IMG/VR virus record: IMGVR_UViG_3300038520_001382
Span: 1-49,639 of that record
Strand: one strand, 5' to 3'
Length of the DNA stretch: 49,639 nucleotides
DNA from: a virus
Taxonomy: Duplodnaviria; Caudoviricetes
Shown here: piece after piece, positions 46,670-49,639 of the stretch
How positions within the stretch are numbered: position 1 is the first letter of the stretch
How the letters are laid out: each line of letters begins with the position of its first letter
Notes under the pieces: model-generated
Database searches by the model: none
Seen by the model: the letters and a program-made list of their open reading frames with translations, nothing else
What the model was told of the DNA's origin: nothing
Made by a program: the position numbers and the translations under genes

Positions 46670-47047
46670 ATGGCATATTCCGATACTTTAAAACTTGTTA
46701 CAGGCGACACGTTACCTGAGTTAACTTTTACACTTAAAGACAGTAATACCGCTGCAACAGGTCAAACACTCGATCCCAATAATAGTGACACTTGGGAGCC
46801 TATAAATGTAGGCGGTGCAACTGTTAAATTGCGATTACGAGAAGTGGGAAGCACTGCTATAAAAAGCACTCTTACTTGCAGTGTTGTTGGCGATGGATCA
46901 GCAGGTAAAGTAATTACAAATTTTCCGACAGGAACTTTAGACACCGCAGGTACGTTTGAAGGTGAGTTGGAAGTAACTTTTTCATCAGGAGGAATACAAA
47001 CGGTAAACGATTTAATTAAGTTTAAAGTTAGAAGCGATTTTGATTAA
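46670..47047 (+). CDS. Tail protein, BppU N-terminal-like
   Basis: GDTLP.L.FTLKD...ATV...G.FEGELEVTF..G.IQTV. Confidence 0.6.
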   Translation: MAYSDTLKLVTGDTLPELTFTLKDSNTAATGQTLDPNNSDTWEPINVGGATVKLRLREVGSTAIKSTLTCSVVGDGSAGKVITNFPTGTLDTAGTFEGELEVTFSSGGIQTVNDLIKFKVRSDFD

Positions 47048-47970
47048 TGGGATATAGAGTACTAGTTGATAAACCAGTAGAAATACGTGCCATTACTAGT
47101 GGTACTAATATTTCAGTTACTGACATCCAATTACAAAAATCATCTATTTTTGTAAGTAAACCTACGTATGAGGTAACTTTAAACTCACAAAAAATAAATG
47201 CTTTTACTAGTTTTGTAAATCCTATACCGAGTATCTCTTTTCAAAATTTAGTAGCAAGTGATGTTTTACTAGACCCATTTACACTAAATCAGTATCCTGT
47301 AGACTCAATTACTTTTTCTGACTTACCTGCTTTACTAAGTGAAAAAGGTATTACTGATGCATTTCCAATTGCAGAGATACTTACATTAAGTTCAAACAAA
47401 GGCGTTGACGATAATGTAACTATGTCAGAAGACTTGCAAAAAAGTCTTACATTCTTTAGAACTTTTTCAGATGTCTTTACACTTGACGATTTCGCAACAG
47501 TTGGCGGAGTTAGAAAAGACACACAATCTGATAAAACTAATGTGGTTGGCTTTGTTGACGCTCAGGCGTTATCCACTTCTAAAGTATTTACTGATTCTAT
47601 TTTTGTTACAGAAGCATCAACTTTCACTACAGATGAAGGGAGAGATGAGACATTAGGCGTTAATGATGTATTTCAAAGAGTTGTTACGTTTAGTAGAGCT
47701 TTTTCAGATACACCATCTATTTCGGAGGATTTGGCTAGTTCACTAGCTAAGAGTCAAGATGATTCATTTTCAATTGCAGAACAAGCGGTTATTGGTTTTG
47801 CTTTTGATTTTTCAGATGCAGTTAGTTTTGCAAGCAATGCTGTTACTGCATTCAACAAAGGTATTTTTGATTCTACGACAGTTACTGAATCAATAAATGT
47901 AAAACTTACAGCAGAAGCATCGTCTGTTTTAAATGCAGGTGCATTGAACTTTGCACCGTTAAACAACTAG
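47047..47970 (+). CDS. Repetitive beta-rich tail/structural protein
   Basis: Recurrent (F/R)xFSD / D...SE units. Confidence 0.6.
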   Translation: MGYRVLVDKPVEIRAITSGTNISVTDIQLQKSSIFVSKPTYEVTLNSQKINAFTSFVNPIPSISFQNLVASDVLLDPFTLNQYPVDSITFSDLPALLSEKGITDAFPIAEILTLSSNKGVDDNVTMSEDLQKSLTFFRTFSDVFTLDDFATVGGVRKDTQSDKTNVVGFVDAQALSTSKVFTDSIFVTEASTFTTDEGRDETLGVNDVFQRVVTFSRAFSDTPSISEDLASSLAKSQDDSFSIAEQAVIGFAFDFSDAVSFASNAVTAFNKGIFDSTTVTESINVKLTAEASSVLNAGALNFAPLNN

Positions 47971-47979
47971 GAGTAAAAC

Positions 47980-48405
47980 ATGTTACATGACTCTTTAAAG
48001 ATGAAAGGTCATTTGTCAATAAAAGTAAATGACGAAGTTATTCAAGAAGTACCAAACTTGGTAGTTACCGCTGGAAAAGGTTTCGTTGCTTCTAGAATGA
48101 AAGACGCTACAACTAACGCAATGTCTCATATGGCTATTGGGACAAACACAGCTTCAGCAGCGGCTGGAGATACAGGCCTTGGCGCAGAGGCGGCTAGAGT
48201 AGCCTTAACTTCTACGACTGTATCGTCTAATACTATTACTTATGTAGCTACTTTTGGCACTGGGGTCGGCACAGGGGCAATTACTGAAGCTGGTTTATTC
48301 AATGCGAGTTCTTCAGGAACAATGCTTTGTAGAACTGTGTTTGCAGTTGTAAATAAAGGTAGTTCAGACAGTATGACCATAACCTGGACAGTTACAGTTA
48401 GTTAA
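47980..48405 (+). CDS. Tail-fibre-associated structural protein
   Basis: NLVVTAGK...MAIGT...ITEAGLFNA...V.NK...ITWTVT. Confidence 0.7.
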   Translation: MLHDSLKMKGHLSIKVNDEVIQEVPNLVVTAGKGFVASRMKDATTNAMSHMAIGTNTASAAAGDTGLGAEAARVALTSTTVSSNTITYVATFGTGVGTGAITEAGLFNASSSGTMLCRTVFAVVNKGSSDSMTITWTVTVS

Positions 48406-48423
48406 CAAAATTAGGTAAATAGT

Positions 48424-49639
48424 ATGGCAGTTGTTTTTTCAAATAATGCTGTTACTACATTAGCGTCCGCAGTATCTAACTCAGCTACTACAATCACTGT
48501 AGCTGATGGTTCTGTATTCCCTGCTTTAAGCGGGTCTGATCACACTTACGTTACTTTACAAGATTTAAATGATAATAGAGAAATTGTTAAAGTAACCGCT
48601 AGAAGTAGTAACACATTAACAGTTGTTCGAGCGCAAGATAATACTACTGCGAGAGCTTTTTCCTCTGGTGATAAGTGTGAGTTACGAATCACTGCAATTC
48701 TTTTAAACGAGATATCTCAATCTGATACTACGAAATTAAGTTTAACTGGCGGCATAATGACTGGTAACTTAGTTTTTGGTGTGAACAACAAAATTCAAAT
48801 GGGGACTAGTTCATCCTCAACTAATTTGGAGATTTTTACAGACGCTTCTAATGCAATTATTGAAGAGAACAGAAGCGGAAACTTAATTCTAAGGGGCACT
48901 AATTTAAGTTTACAAGCGGCTGATGACACTAACTATTTACAAGCTGTTTTAGGCGGAGCAGTAACTCTTTACCATACAACTTCAGATGGTTCTGGTGGAT
49001 TTAACGCTTCACCCAAATTAGCAACTTCAAATATAGGTGTCACAGTAACAGGCACAGTGACCGCTACAACATACACAGGAGCTTTGGCTTCTGCTACTAC
49101 AGCTACTACTCAATCAGCCTTAGATAACAGCACAAAGGTAGCCACAACAGCTTATGTAGACGGAGCTATTTCTGACTTAGTAGATAGCTCACCTAGTACC
49201 TTAGACACGCTCAATGAACTAGCGGCAGCTTTAAACGATGACGCTAACTTTTCTACTACTGTCACCAATTCAATAGCAACTAAACTACCTCTTGCGGGTG
49301 GTACGCTTACAGGAACTTTACAAGGGACACGATTAGGTCTTGGTGTTGCTCCTCACGCTACAGCCCCGTTAAACATTACCACTACTAATCAACACATAAG
49401 ACTCAACAATGGATCAGAGCTTGGTGTTATTTCTTTGCTATCTGGTGGTGAGTTAGATATATGGGGTCACGGTGATGGTGAGACGATAAATTTCCGTACT
49501 GGCTCTGGATCGGGAACTGTTGCATTAGCAATAACAGGAACAAATTCAGAATTTTCAGGCAGTATAAGCGCAAACTCAGGAACAACAAACACTGTAGCAA
49601 CTTTTACATCTACAGACGCAGGGGCAGGTATAAATTTAA
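48424..49639 (+). CDS. Tail fibre N-terminal part (3'-truncated; not in ORF track)
   Basis: Open frame from ATG 48424 to the window end. MAVVFSNNA..EIVKVT.R..LTVVRAQ anchor domain and P2-gpH-like LVDSSPSTLDTLNELAAALNDDANF repeat. Confidence 0.88.
   Translation, partial: MAVVFSNNAVTTLASAVSNSATTITVADGSVFPALSGSDHTYVTLQDLNDNREIVKVTARSSNTLTVVRAQDNTTARAFSSGDKCELRITAILLNEISQSDTTKLSLTGGIMTGNLVFGVNNKIQMGTSSSSTNLEIFTDASNAIIEENRSGNLILRGTNLSLQAADDTNYLQAVLGGAVTLYHTTSDGSGGFNASPKLATSNIGVTVTGTVTATTYTGALASATTATTQSALDNSTKVATTAYVDGAISDLVDSSPSTLDTLNELAAALNDDANFSTTVTNSIATKLPLAGGTLTGTLQGTRLGLGVAPHATAPLNITTTNQHIRLNNGSELGVISLLSGGELDIWGHGDGETINFRTGSGSGTVALAITGTNSEFSGSISANSGTTNTVATFTSTDAGAGINL

Overview
AT-rich, apparently near-complete ~49.6-kb tailed dsDNA phage genome, resembling marine phages. 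A csrA homologue and IHF-like sites suggest a proteobacterial host (inference). The contig is broken inside one giant modular tail-fibre gene (48424-end and 1-4298). The minus-strand arm (~24470 to 7780) carries small early genes, a MoxR-type AAA+/VWA-metallopeptidase module, a DUF3310 protein, family A DNA polymerase, CsrA, an AEP-primase/SF3-helicase, a Cas4-like nuclease, a SNF2 helicase, a putative SSB and a VRR-NUC-like nuclease. The plus-strand arm (25277 to end, then 1-7736) carries an HNH-like nuclease, terminase subunits, P22-like portal, scaffold, N4-gp56-type capsid, adaptors, ejection proteins, lysis and tail genes. The arms diverge from a noncoding region (24470-25270) with iterons, an IHF site, heptamer arrays and two covarying hairpins. 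No integrase, RNA polymerase, tRNA or CRISPR array was recognised. The most unusual signals are noncoding: (i) an early intergenic element holding two permuted halves of the tail-fibre repeat junction (RIDSSGNV / GNVGIGT), antisense in the early transcript; (ii) a repeat-motif structured RNA leader upstream of the capsid gene; (iii) covarying GAAGAATGA-loop hairpins; (iv) a pseudoknot over an RBS. About nine Lys/Arg-rich mini-proteins are also present. Family names come from motif recognition by eye, not database searches.
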